The notes beneath the pieces were generated by a model. The model had not been told where the DNA came from. It was given only the letters and a program-made list of their open reading frames with translations, and made no database searches. 64,000 nt of DNA from positions 32,001 to 96,000 of the forward strand of contig JBEKIW010000002.1 in assembly GCA_050011565.1 (NCBI GenBank), given 5' to 3'. Origin of the DNA: Dehalococcoidia bacterium (GTDB taxonomy: Bacteria > Chloroflexota > Dehalococcoidia > GIF9 > UBA5629). A program made the position numbers and the translations under genes. This document shows, one piece after another, positions 38,806 through 46,897 of this stretch (its first letter is position 1; each line of letters starts with the position of its first letter).

Positions 38806-38862
38806 CCTTTTACAAAGGGTGGTCGAACCTTTAAAAGCAAAACTCAAAATGGAGGTGTTGAT

Positions 38863-39579
38863 TTGAGAATTATTGGTATTTTGTTAGCTATCGTATTAGC
38901 CGTATCTCTCGTGTTGCCAACGGTCGCATTGGCACAGGACGAGTATGCCGGATTGTCAAACTGCGCGTGGGACAAGGTAAAGTGGCAAGACAATGAGAAC
39001 TCCTGGGGCTTATATCTGCAGCATTGGGGCAGGACTCCTATTCAAGCCATGACACGGCTGAGGGGCCTGTGCGGTCCTAAGGCCCTGTGTGCTGACCTTG
39101 GCACAAATTGCCCCGCCAACAAAGACTTGAATGCCTGTTTGGGTGGTTGTCCAGCTTGTAGAGAGGTTGAACCGGGAGCTCTAGCCACCTGCTCTGACCC
39201 GGTGAAATGCAATGCATCATTGTCCAGTGCAGCATGTCCGGCTACCGGTCAAGTAGACATAGGATATACCTGCCCTGCCACGTCGGTGGTAGCTGCTCCT
39301 GCTGGGGATCCAGTCCTTAGCCTGCCACATTGCGGTTTCTGCTGGGGAATCAGCCTCGCTTTGGCAGAAAAGAGCTGGGCTGGCGCTGACATTGGTACAA
39401 ACCCAAGAATAAACAATAATCACCTCAACCATTTCGGAACCAGCGAATGCACCGGCGGTAACCACGGTGGTGACTGGGGAGTTACCGGCGCCCCGCACAC
39501 TGAGTGCTGCTCACTCACTTGGGCACTGCAGGACAACTGCTTCGGTAAACCGTACGGCGACAAATGCGCACCGAATTAG
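38863..39579 (+). CDS. Secreted cysteine-rich hypothetical protein (18 Cys)
   Basis: Sec signal peptide ending VALA-Q, RBS GGAGGT, own promoter and terminator; no family recognised. Confidence 0.8.
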   Translation: MRIIGILLAIVLAVSLVLPTVALAQDEYAGLSNCAWDKVKWQDNENSWGLYLQHWGRTPIQAMTRLRGLCGPKALCADLGTNCPANKDLNACLGGCPACREVEPGALATCSDPVKCNASLSSAACPATGQVDIGYTCPATSVVAAPAGDPVLSLPHCGFCWGISLALAEKSWAGADIGTNPRINNNHLNHFGTSECTGGNHGGDWGVTGAPHTECCSLTWALQDNCFGKPYGDKCAPN

Positions 39580-39636
39580 AACTATAGTACAGATAAGATA
39601 TATTTTAGATTAAGTAAGAAATCCAGAGTGTTTTAC

Positions 39637-39675
39637 CCTGACCGAGGATGCGGTCAATCCTCGGTCAGGTTTTCT
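39637..39675 (+). terminator. Intrinsic terminator
   Basis: 13-bp perfect stem CCTGACCGAGGAT/ATCCTCGGTCAGG followed by TTTTCT. Confidence 0.85.
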
Positions 39676-39785
39676 ATTGGGTATACGTGACGTTTGATAA
39701 AACGGCTATAGCTAATTGAGATCATGGTTTCTAACCTAACTAAGCTAAAATCTCACTATTATTTACCTCCATAAAACAGAGGGTT

Positions 39786-40025
39786 ATGTTGTCAGACGAG
39801 ACTGGGTTCACTACTGTGTACGTCGCCAGGAGTCAGCCCGAGGCGGAAATTGTAAAGGGACGCCTCAATTGCGAGGATGTTCCGGCCATACTTCGATATG
39901 AGTCTGCTGGAATTGTCTACGGCCTTACGGTTGATGGTCTAGGTCAGGTGGAAGTGCGGGTACCGTCTCATTTAGCTGAGCGAGCCATAGAAATTCTTGC
40001 CGTCGACGAAAACGAGGAGCACTAG
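39786..40025 (+). CDS. DUF2007 (putative signal-transducing) family protein
   Basis: EAEIVKGRL..E.VPA, G.V..RVP...AERA.EIL. Confidence 0.8.
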   Translation: MLSDETGFTTVYVARSQPEAEIVKGRLNCEDVPAILRYESAGIVYGLTVDGLGQVEVRVPSHLAERAIEILAVDENEEH

Positions 40026-41077
40026 GCTTTCAGGCCAAGCTCTGAATACAGAGTCTCAAAATCAAAACAGCTATCCAGTACCTCTCCAAACATCTCCAGC
40101 TTCCGACGGCTTCTAAAACTAGCCTTGCTTAATGCCTGCTCAATGCCGGCTATAGCCGCGGGAGTGTCCTGTTTAACCATGATTATCGGCACGTGCTTCT
40201 CTTGAGCCTGAACAATAACAAACGGTAAAGGCTTCACATTATTAGCAACAATCAAGCATCTGGTTGGAGTTTCCAAAGCAGCCAGCTGCATGTCGGCACG
40301 TTCGCCACGAACGACTACTGCTTTATTTTCCTTCCGATTGAAATACATTACTCCTGAGTCAACAGTCATAGCCCCCACCATTACATTTTCCACTATCTCA
40401 TCAGTCTTTTCCGGGGAAGTCAGGATTTCGCCGCCGAGAACTTGAGCTAAGTCCCCGGTGCTTAGGCCAAGCAAGCTCCGAACCTCCGGGAGTAGGCCCA
40501 GGACTTTAATTCCTGCCTTGTTAAATGAAGCTGACAACTGATGCCCTGCCGTTTCTATTTTAGACCTCGGCACGAGGTTAATAATAACTCCCACCAGATG
40601 TTTGACTTTTTTACTTATCTGTACAATCTTCGACACATCAAAACCAGGGGAATAATGAATCACTATAATCAATCCTGCCTCAAGGGCATCGGCAACTGTA
40701 TAGCAAGCAAGAGTAGAGACTTTATCTACACCTAAATCGCTAAGCCCCTTCATAACAACGACATCTTTGTCACGTGATATTTTACGATATGCCTGCTTAA
40801 GGTTCTGCGAGAAATTTGTTGGGTCTTCGGTCAAGTTTCGCCACAATTCATGCTGGGACAAACGAAGGGGACAAATCAACTCCTCGGATTCAGCCAACCT
40901 CAAGCTGTCCTTAATGAAGGCAGCATCTTCACAACCGTCAGTGTGGCCGCTTTCAATAAGATGGACGGGCTCCATAAAACCTACTTTTAACCCACGGTCA
41001 AGCAATTTTCTACCAATACCGGCACACAAGGCTGTTTTGCCTGCAGATTCCGTAGATGTTATATATAGAGCGACCAC
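40022..41077 (-). CDS. BioD-like P-loop plus DRTGG domain protein (phosphotransacetylase N-terminal type, no catalytic domain)
   Basis: LYITSTESAGKT, VMVGAM, VVRGERADMQLAALE. Confidence 0.85.
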   Translation of the reverse strand: MVALYITSTESAGKTALCAGIGRKLLDRGLKVGFMEPVHLIESGHTDGCEDAAFIKDSLRLAESEELICPLRLSQHELWRNLTEDPTNFSQNLKQAYRKISRDKDVVVMKGLSDLGVDKVSTLACYTVADALEAGLIIVIHYSPGFDVSKIVQISKKVKHLVGVIINLVPRSKIETAGHQLSASFNKAGIKVLGLLPEVRSLLGLSTGDLAQVLGGEILTSPEKTDEIVENVMVGAMTVDSGVMYFNRKENKAVVVRGERADMQLAALETPTRCLIVANNVKPLPFVIVQAQEKHVPIIMVKQDTPAAIAGIEQALSKASFRSRRKLEMFGEVLDSCFDFETLYSELGLKA

Positions 41078-41125
41078 ATTACCTCCTAAGAATGAACCTT
41101 GTAATTATATTATCTCGCATCACTC

Positions 41126-41154
41126 TTTACAACCGAGACAAAGCAGCTTATAAT
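41126..41154 (+). promoter_or_regulatory. Sigma70 promoter of greA
   Basis: TTTACA-17 nt-TATAAT. Confidence 0.7.
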
Positions 41155-41173
41155 ATGTTCTGAACTCAACGAC

Positions 41174-41204
41174 AACTGAGGGTTACCAGACTCTCAGTTT
41201 TTTT
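41174..41204 (+). terminator. Intrinsic terminator/attenuator inside the greA 5' leader
   Basis: AACTGAGGGT-TACCAG-ACTCTCAGTT stem running into a T tract, between promoter and RBS. Confidence 0.7.
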
Positions 41205-41231
41205 AGTAGCTTTCCATACAGGAGTAATCAC

Positions 41232-41699
41232 ATGGGGCAAAAGAAAATCCTTATTACTCAAGAGGGGTTAGCTAAACTACACTCTGAGCTGGACCACTTA
41301 CTTTCGGTACGAAGGCAAGAGATAGCCGGCAAAATTAAGCGCGCCCGAGAAATGGGAGGCACTGAGAACAACGCTGAATACGAAGATGCCAAAAATGACC
41401 AGGCTTTTGTCGAGGGCAGAATATTGATGCTGGAGAACATCGTTAATAACGCAACAGTCATCGAATCGCCAGCCTTACCGGGTGTAGTAGAAATGGGTGA
41501 TAAGGTGCTCATCCAAAACCAGGACGGCAAGATAGAGCAATTCACCATTGTGGGTAGCGCCGAAGCCAGTCCTGTTGAGGGTAAAATTTCCAATGAATCA
41601 CCGGTAGGAAAAGCCCTGCTGGGTAAAAAAATCGGCGACGAGGTCGAGGTCACCACACCGGCCGGGTTGCTTAAGCTCCTGATAATGGACGTAAGTTGA
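41232..41699 (+). CDS. greA: Transcription elongation factor GreA
   Basis: ENNAEYEDAK, EGRI..LE, IVG..EA, ISNESPVGKALLG. Confidence 0.96.
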   Translation: MGQKKILITQEGLAKLHSELDHLLSVRRQEIAGKIKRAREMGGTENNAEYEDAKNDQAFVEGRILMLENIVNNATVIESPALPGVVEMGDKVLIQNQDGKIEQFTIVGSAEASPVEGKISNESPVGKALLGKKIGDEVEVTTPAGLLKLLIMDVS

Positions 41700-41745
41700 C
41701 TATTCGCTCCTTAGAATATTCCTTCATCACGGACTGCTGCGTACC

Positions 41746-43251
41746 ATGGCCAGACTAAAGCATATAGCCCAACAGCGCCTGGATAAGTTAGAAAAAATTC
41801 GGGGTCAGGGAATAAATCCGTACCCTCGTTCTTATCACCGCAGCCATACTACCCAAGAAGCGGTAGCCCTTTACCAGCAGACAGAATCAAGTCCGAATAA
41901 CATACCCAGTCCGGAATTCAATCTCGCCGGTAGAATTACAGCCATTCGATTCATAGGTAAGATTGCTTTCTTCGACATCCGCGATGGTTCAGGCAAAATT
42001 CAAGTTTTTTTCAGCCATGACATCATCGGCAATGAAAAGTATGAATTTCTCCATGAAATAGATATCGGTGACATTATCGGTGTCACTGGCAAGCTTTTCA
42101 GGACCAGGGCAGGCGAAATCAGTATTGAGGTCAAAGACTTCACCCTGTTGGCTAAATCTCTGCAGCCGCTGCCGGAGAAATGGCATGGGTTGGTGGATGT
42201 TGAGAAGCGGTACCGGCAACGTTACCTCGACCTGATATCCAACGAAGAAGTTAAGCCCATTTTTAGATTGCGCAGCCAGGTTATCTCAGCTTTGAGACGT
42301 TTCTTAAACGAGCGAGGATTTATCGAGGTGGAGACACCGGTACTGCAGCCGGTGGCGGGAGGAGCCCTGGCCCGGCGCTTCAAAACACACCATCAAGCGC
42401 TGGACCAGGACCTGCACCTTCGCATTGCGCTGGAGCTTTATTTGAAACGTCTAATAGTAGGCGGCTTCGATAAGGTTTACGAGATCGGCCGCGTATTCCG
42501 CAATGAAGGCATATCCACAAAACATAACCCCGAGTTTACCATGTTGGAAATCTACGAAGCCTATGCTGACTACAATGATATGATGACGCTGTTTGAAGAT
42601 ATGGTAAGCTACATTGCCCGAGAAATCGTGGACAAGACCAGGATTAAATTCGGCGAAGAGTCCATCAACCTCGAATCTCCCTGGCGCCATATCTACCTGC
42701 GTGAAGCCATAAAAGAGCGCTGTGGCATTGACTTTGAGGATTATCCGGATGCTGACTCACTGCGCCGGAGGATGGAACAACTGGGGCCGGAAGTCGACCC
42801 TCAAAAAGACAGAGGTCGTTTAGTTGATGAGCTTATATCCACATTCGTTGAGCCTGGTTTAATGCAGCCCACGTTTCTCGTGGATTATCCCGTAGAAATG
42901 TCTCCTCTGGCTAAGAGAAAGCAAGACAATGAACGCCTGGTCGAGCGCTTTGAGGCTTTTATCGGCGGCATGGAAGTCGCCAACGCCTTTACCGAGCTAA
43001 ACGACCCCATTGAGCAAAGAGAGCGTTTCCGCAAACAGAAGGAAATGCAATCCGCAGAGTCAGTTAAAACGAAATCGGGTGAAGAAGAACGCGAGGTAGA
43101 TGTCATCGATGAGGACTTTCTCCTGGCCATGGAATATGGCATGCCGCCTACCGGCGGTCTGGGAGTAGGCATCGACCGTTTGGCCATGTTGTTCTCTGAT
43201 AAACAGTCCATACGTGAGGTTATCCTCTTCCCGCAGCTAAAAACAAAATAG
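41746..43251 (+). CDS. lysS: Lysine-tRNA ligase (class II)
   Basis: LPEKWHGL, RYRQRYLDLI, FRNEGIS..HNPEFT, GMPPTGGLGVGIDRL. Confidence 0.98.
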   Translation: MARLKHIAQQRLDKLEKIRGQGINPYPRSYHRSHTTQEAVALYQQTESSPNNIPSPEFNLAGRITAIRFIGKIAFFDIRDGSGKIQVFFSHDIIGNEKYEFLHEIDIGDIIGVTGKLFRTRAGEISIEVKDFTLLAKSLQPLPEKWHGLVDVEKRYRQRYLDLISNEEVKPIFRLRSQVISALRRFLNERGFIEVETPVLQPVAGGALARRFKTHHQALDQDLHLRIALELYLKRLIVGGFDKVYEIGRVFRNEGISTKHNPEFTMLEIYEAYADYNDMMTLFEDMVSYIAREIVDKTRIKFGEESINLESPWRHIYLREAIKERCGIDFEDYPDADSLRRRMEQLGPEVDPQKDRGRLVDELISTFVEPGLMQPTFLVDYPVEMSPLAKRKQDNERLVERFEAFIGGMEVANAFTELNDPIEQRERFRKQKEMQSAESVKTKSGEEEREVDVIDEDFLLAMEYGMPPTGGLGVGIDRLAMLFSDKQSIREVILFPQLKTK

Positions 43252-43266
43252 CAAAGTGAATTCATC

Positions 43267-44532
43267 GTGCTGGATACAAAGTTAATCCGCGACAATCCTG
43301 AAATAGTCCGCGAAGCTATGGAAAAGCGAGGCGAGAAGGCTCCGCTTGACCAAATAATGAGCCTCGACGAGCAACGCCGGCAGCTCCTCCACGAGATGGA
43401 GACTCTCAGGGCACAACGTAATGAGGTCAGTAAACAAATAGGTAAAATGGCGGACAAGCCAACAAAGCTTATTGCCGAAATGCGCCAGCTCGGTGAAAAG
43501 GTAACTTCCCTCGAGGCCGAAATATCCCGGGTAGAATCCGAACTAAATGACCTTCTCCTGCGATTGCCTAACATCCCGGCGGCTGATGTGCCTGTGGGCA
43601 AAGATACACAGGACAACATAGTGGTGCGCTCCTGGGGTAAACCAACGGATATTTCATTTACTCCGTTACCGCACTGGGAGCTAGCGGAGAAGCTAGATAT
43701 TATCGATTTCCAGCGTGGAGTCAAGCTTTCCGGCAGTCGCTTTTATGTACTTAAAGGCCAGGGCGCTCATCTCCAGCGTGCCCTCATCACCTTCATGCTG
43801 GACCTCCACGTCAAAGAGCACGGCTACACAGAAATCTATCCGCCTTTCATGGTAAAACGTGAATGTATGGTTGGCTCGGGCAATTTACCCAAATTTGCCG
43901 ATAACCTGTACCACGATGAAGAGGATGATTTCTGGTTTGTGCCTACCGCTGAGGTGCCCTTGACCAATTTACATCGCGATGAAGTCCTGCCGCCCGGTAC
44001 TTTACCTCTCTATTATGTCGCTTACACCGCTTGCTTCCGCCGAGAGAAAATGGCAGCCGGCAAAGACACCAGAGGTATCAAGAGAGGACACCAATTTGAT
44101 AAAGTTGAGCTCTACAAGTTCACTGAGCCGGAAACCTCTGATATGGAGCTGGAGAAGTTAGTTGTGAATGCTGAAGATGTAAGCCGCCGACTGGGCATAC
44201 CTTACCGTGTAGTACAATTATGCACCGGGGACCTGGGCTTTGCCTCGGCTAAATCATTCGATATTGAAATGTGGGCTCCCGGCAGCGGCGAATGGTTAGA
44301 GGTCAGTTCATGCAGCAATTGCGGTGACTTCCAAGCGAGGCGGGCAAACATTCGCTATCGCCCCGATGCTAAAGCTAAGCCAAGCTTTGTCCATACTCTT
44401 AACGGTTCGGGATTGGCTTTACCCCGGGTACTTATTGCGCTGCTGGAGAACTACCAGCAAGCTGATGGCAGCATAAAAGTGCCCGAGGTACTGATACCAT
44501 TTATGGGCACGGAGATTATCAACAAGGTCTGA
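43267..44532 (+). CDS. serS: Serine-tRNA ligase
   Basis: PTAEVP, CFRRE, DTRG..R.HQFDKVE, EVSSCSNC.DFQARR, HTLNGSGLA. Confidence 0.98.
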   Translation: MLDTKLIRDNPEIVREAMEKRGEKAPLDQIMSLDEQRRQLLHEMETLRAQRNEVSKQIGKMADKPTKLIAEMRQLGEKVTSLEAEISRVESELNDLLLRLPNIPAADVPVGKDTQDNIVVRSWGKPTDISFTPLPHWELAEKLDIIDFQRGVKLSGSRFYVLKGQGAHLQRALITFMLDLHVKEHGYTEIYPPFMVKRECMVGSGNLPKFADNLYHDEEDDFWFVPTAEVPLTNLHRDEVLPPGTLPLYYVAYTACFRREKMAAGKDTRGIKRGHQFDKVELYKFTEPETSDMELEKLVVNAEDVSRRLGIPYRVVQLCTGDLGFASAKSFDIEMWAPGSGEWLEVSSCSNCGDFQARRANIRYRPDAKAKPSFVHTLNGSGLALPRVLIALLENYQQADGSIKVPEVLIPFMGTEIINKV

Positions 44533-44537
44533 GAGCT

Positions 44538-44891
44538 ATGCCGGACAATTCAAAGCCCCGCTACGCCTGCCCTCGATGCTCAACTAAAATCAAGTCCCAA
44601 TTCGGAAACTGCCCTAATTGTGGCTATATCGGTGGCATGGAAGATAAGGATATCTATCTACGAGGTAAAAATGCCGCCGGCAAACCGGTAAAAGTCGACC
44701 CTCCGACCCCACAGGCTGACAGCACCAGGCAGAAAAAATCTAGAAGTACCGAAATACTGGCTAGATATACGTGCCCCCGCTGCGGCGCCAAAGCTGGCAA
44801 GGCATTCGGCCGCTGCCAGAATTATCGCAGTTGCGGCTATTCCGGACCTATGAAAACCAGCGCTGTCAGCAAGCCTAAACCAAAATCATAA
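44538..44891 (+). CDS. Soluble basic protein with two zinc ribbons
   Basis: YACPRC...CPNCGY.G.M and YTCPRC...CQNYRSCGY.G.M internal duplication; starts 5 nt after the serS stop. Confidence 0.75.
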   Translation: MPDNSKPRYACPRCSTKIKSQFGNCPNCGYIGGMEDKDIYLRGKNAAGKPVKVDPPTPQADSTRQKKSRSTEILARYTCPRCGAKAGKAFGRCQNYRSCGYSGPMKTSAVSKPKPKS

Positions 44892-45049
44892 TTATCAGAA
44901 CACTTACCATTACCTCTTCAAATCAACAGGTAAATTTATTAACACCTTTTTTCTTTTTAAGTTACTGACGTGTATAATCTAGGGCAAATATTTAGGCGCC
45001 TATCTAAACGAAAGATTGAACAGAACATAAAGGTAAAAAAAGGACCCGT

Positions 45050-46732
45050 GTGCAAAAGATAATATTGTGTCCCAGATGCCGCGTACAGGTAAAAAGGGAT
45101 AATTTAGGCGAGCTCCTGTGTCCCAATTGCAACCTGCGGCTATGTCCCAAGGCTCACATTTTTGACGGCAAAATATGTCCCTATTGCGGCTGGGAAGACC
45201 CTAACTACAGCCTGTGGCTGAAAGCACAGAAAGCCCGGCTACGTAGTCCTGAATCCAGGACAAAGGACGAGGCCACTGAAATCAAGACCCAGTACATCTG
45301 CTCTAATTGTGGCATTAGCGTGGACACAACTAAAGTGGATTGCCCCAACTGCGGTTTACTCGGGGCTAAATATCGGGCGGCAAAGGCTGCACCAACAGGA
45401 GCTATATCAACGCCAGCCAGGTCCACGGCGCCGATGAAACCCATCCTGGACAGTATACCACGTGAAACAAAGCAGAAAAGGGTCGGTGAACCAGCCAAAA
45501 GCACTTTTGTAAAAGAGGTAGCCGGGACTGAAGGGACACATTGGCAATTTCCCCCGTTAAGACAGTTTGTAAGGCCGGTTCTGGCCAGCACGCTGGCGGG
45601 TATTGTTATTACCGGGCTCGTCTTTGCCGGAATTTATACCGCTCGATTCTTCACCCGGGATGCTACACCCGGGATTCTGCCGCCAGTCACAGCTATCACA
45701 CCATCCAATACTTATATGCTGAGCACGAATGTGGTTCCCGAAACAGGTGGCGAAATCAGGATAGTATCTCCCTCATCCGGCAATGGCACGTTTGACCCGG
45801 GTAGCCAGGTCACATTAACAGCCGTGCCCAGCGACTGCCATACCTTTAGCTATTGGGATGGCGTCGCGGATTCGTCGGAGACTGTCACCATTACCATGGA
45901 CTCGGATAAAACTATCACCGCAAATTTTCGACTCAAAGATGCGACATCGCCGGTCATTTCAGAAGTCAAAGCCGATAGTAACTCAGATATAAGCACCACT
46001 ATAACCTGGTTAACGGATAAGCCTGCCACCGGTCAGGTTGATTATGGGAAGACAAAAGACTACGGCCTGAGCGCCATATCGAATGATGAACTGACCACCA
46101 ACCACAAGGTCCGGATGACCGGACTCGAACCTAACACAACATACTATTTCTCGGTGAAGTCAACGGACAACTGCGGAAACGAAGCCAACGAAACTAAAAT
46201 GATTACTACCGCCCGTGAAATAACATTTGGCGAGAGGGTTGGGGAACGTGCTCTAGACTTCACCTTGCCCTACTACAATGACGATAACCCCGAATCGCCA
46301 AATAAGGCAGGCAAAACCGAGACGTTAAGTACATATATAGGGAAAAAGAAGATATTGCTTAACTTCTGGAGTACGTACTGCGGAGCCTGCATAGGCGAAT
46401 TTCCCTATATCCGGGGAATATATGAAGATGAAAATTTGGCGGACAGTAACTCTGCAAATTCAGATTTTGTGGTACTTACTGTATGCATTGACAGCAAAAT
46501 TGACGAGGCGCCGGACCGTATAAAGTCACTTGAAGGCAAATTTAGTAGCGACACCGGGCCTTTCACATTTCCCATCCTGTTCGATTCAGTGGGGCAAACT
46601 AAGAAAGACTACCACATCTGGACTATACCTGAAACCATTTTTATCGACTCAGACGGAATTATCAGAGAAATCAAGCTTGGACGGTTCCAAAATATAGAGG
46701 AAATAGAAGCTATACTCAAATCTCTTGACTAA
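45050..46732 (+). CDS. Zinc-ribbon / TM / InlB-B-repeat-like / Fn3 / TlpA-type thioredoxin multidomain membrane protein
   Basis: CxxC ribbons; TM VLASTLAGIVITGLVFAGIY; GSQVTLTAVP...FSYWDG...ITANF repeat; ITWLTDKPA...H.V...GLEPNTTYYF Fn3; ALDFTL...LLNFWSTYCGAC...IPETIFIDSDG. Confidence 0.85.
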   Translation: MQKIILCPRCRVQVKRDNLGELLCPNCNLRLCPKAHIFDGKICPYCGWEDPNYSLWLKAQKARLRSPESRTKDEATEIKTQYICSNCGISVDTTKVDCPNCGLLGAKYRAAKAAPTGAISTPARSTAPMKPILDSIPRETKQKRVGEPAKSTFVKEVAGTEGTHWQFPPLRQFVRPVLASTLAGIVITGLVFAGIYTARFFTRDATPGILPPVTAITPSNTYMLSTNVVPETGGEIRIVSPSSGNGTFDPGSQVTLTAVPSDCHTFSYWDGVADSSETVTITMDSDKTITANFRLKDATSPVISEVKADSNSDISTTITWLTDKPATGQVDYGKTKDYGLSAISNDELTTNHKVRMTGLEPNTTYYFSVKSTDNCGNEANETKMITTAREITFGERVGERALDFTLPYYNDDNPESPNKAGKTETLSTYIGKKKILLNFWSTYCGACIGEFPYIRGIYEDENLADSNSANSDFVVLTVCIDSKIDEAPDRIKSLEGKFSSDTGPFTFPILFDSVGQTKKDYHIWTIPETIFIDSDGIIREIKLGRFQNIEEIEAILKSLD

Positions 46733-46897
46733 TTTACTGATTTTTCTATATTGCTCAACTACACTTTAGCCCGATGCCGGCAAATTGCTCCCCTATGTGA
46801 AAGTTTTTAGTAATTTTTAGCTAAGTGTATAATTATATAGAGTAGATATACAGAATGCATAGTAAAGTTTATAAGGAAAGCAACTCAAACGACCAGG

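Noticed and set aside
38863-39579. Multiheme cytochrome or RiPP precursor
   Set aside because: No CxxCH motifs; too long for a typical precursor, and no modifying enzymes adjacent.
42885-43724. 279-aa minus-strand ORF
   Set aside because: Antisense to lysS and serS, with the Ser-rich composition typical of shadow ORFs.
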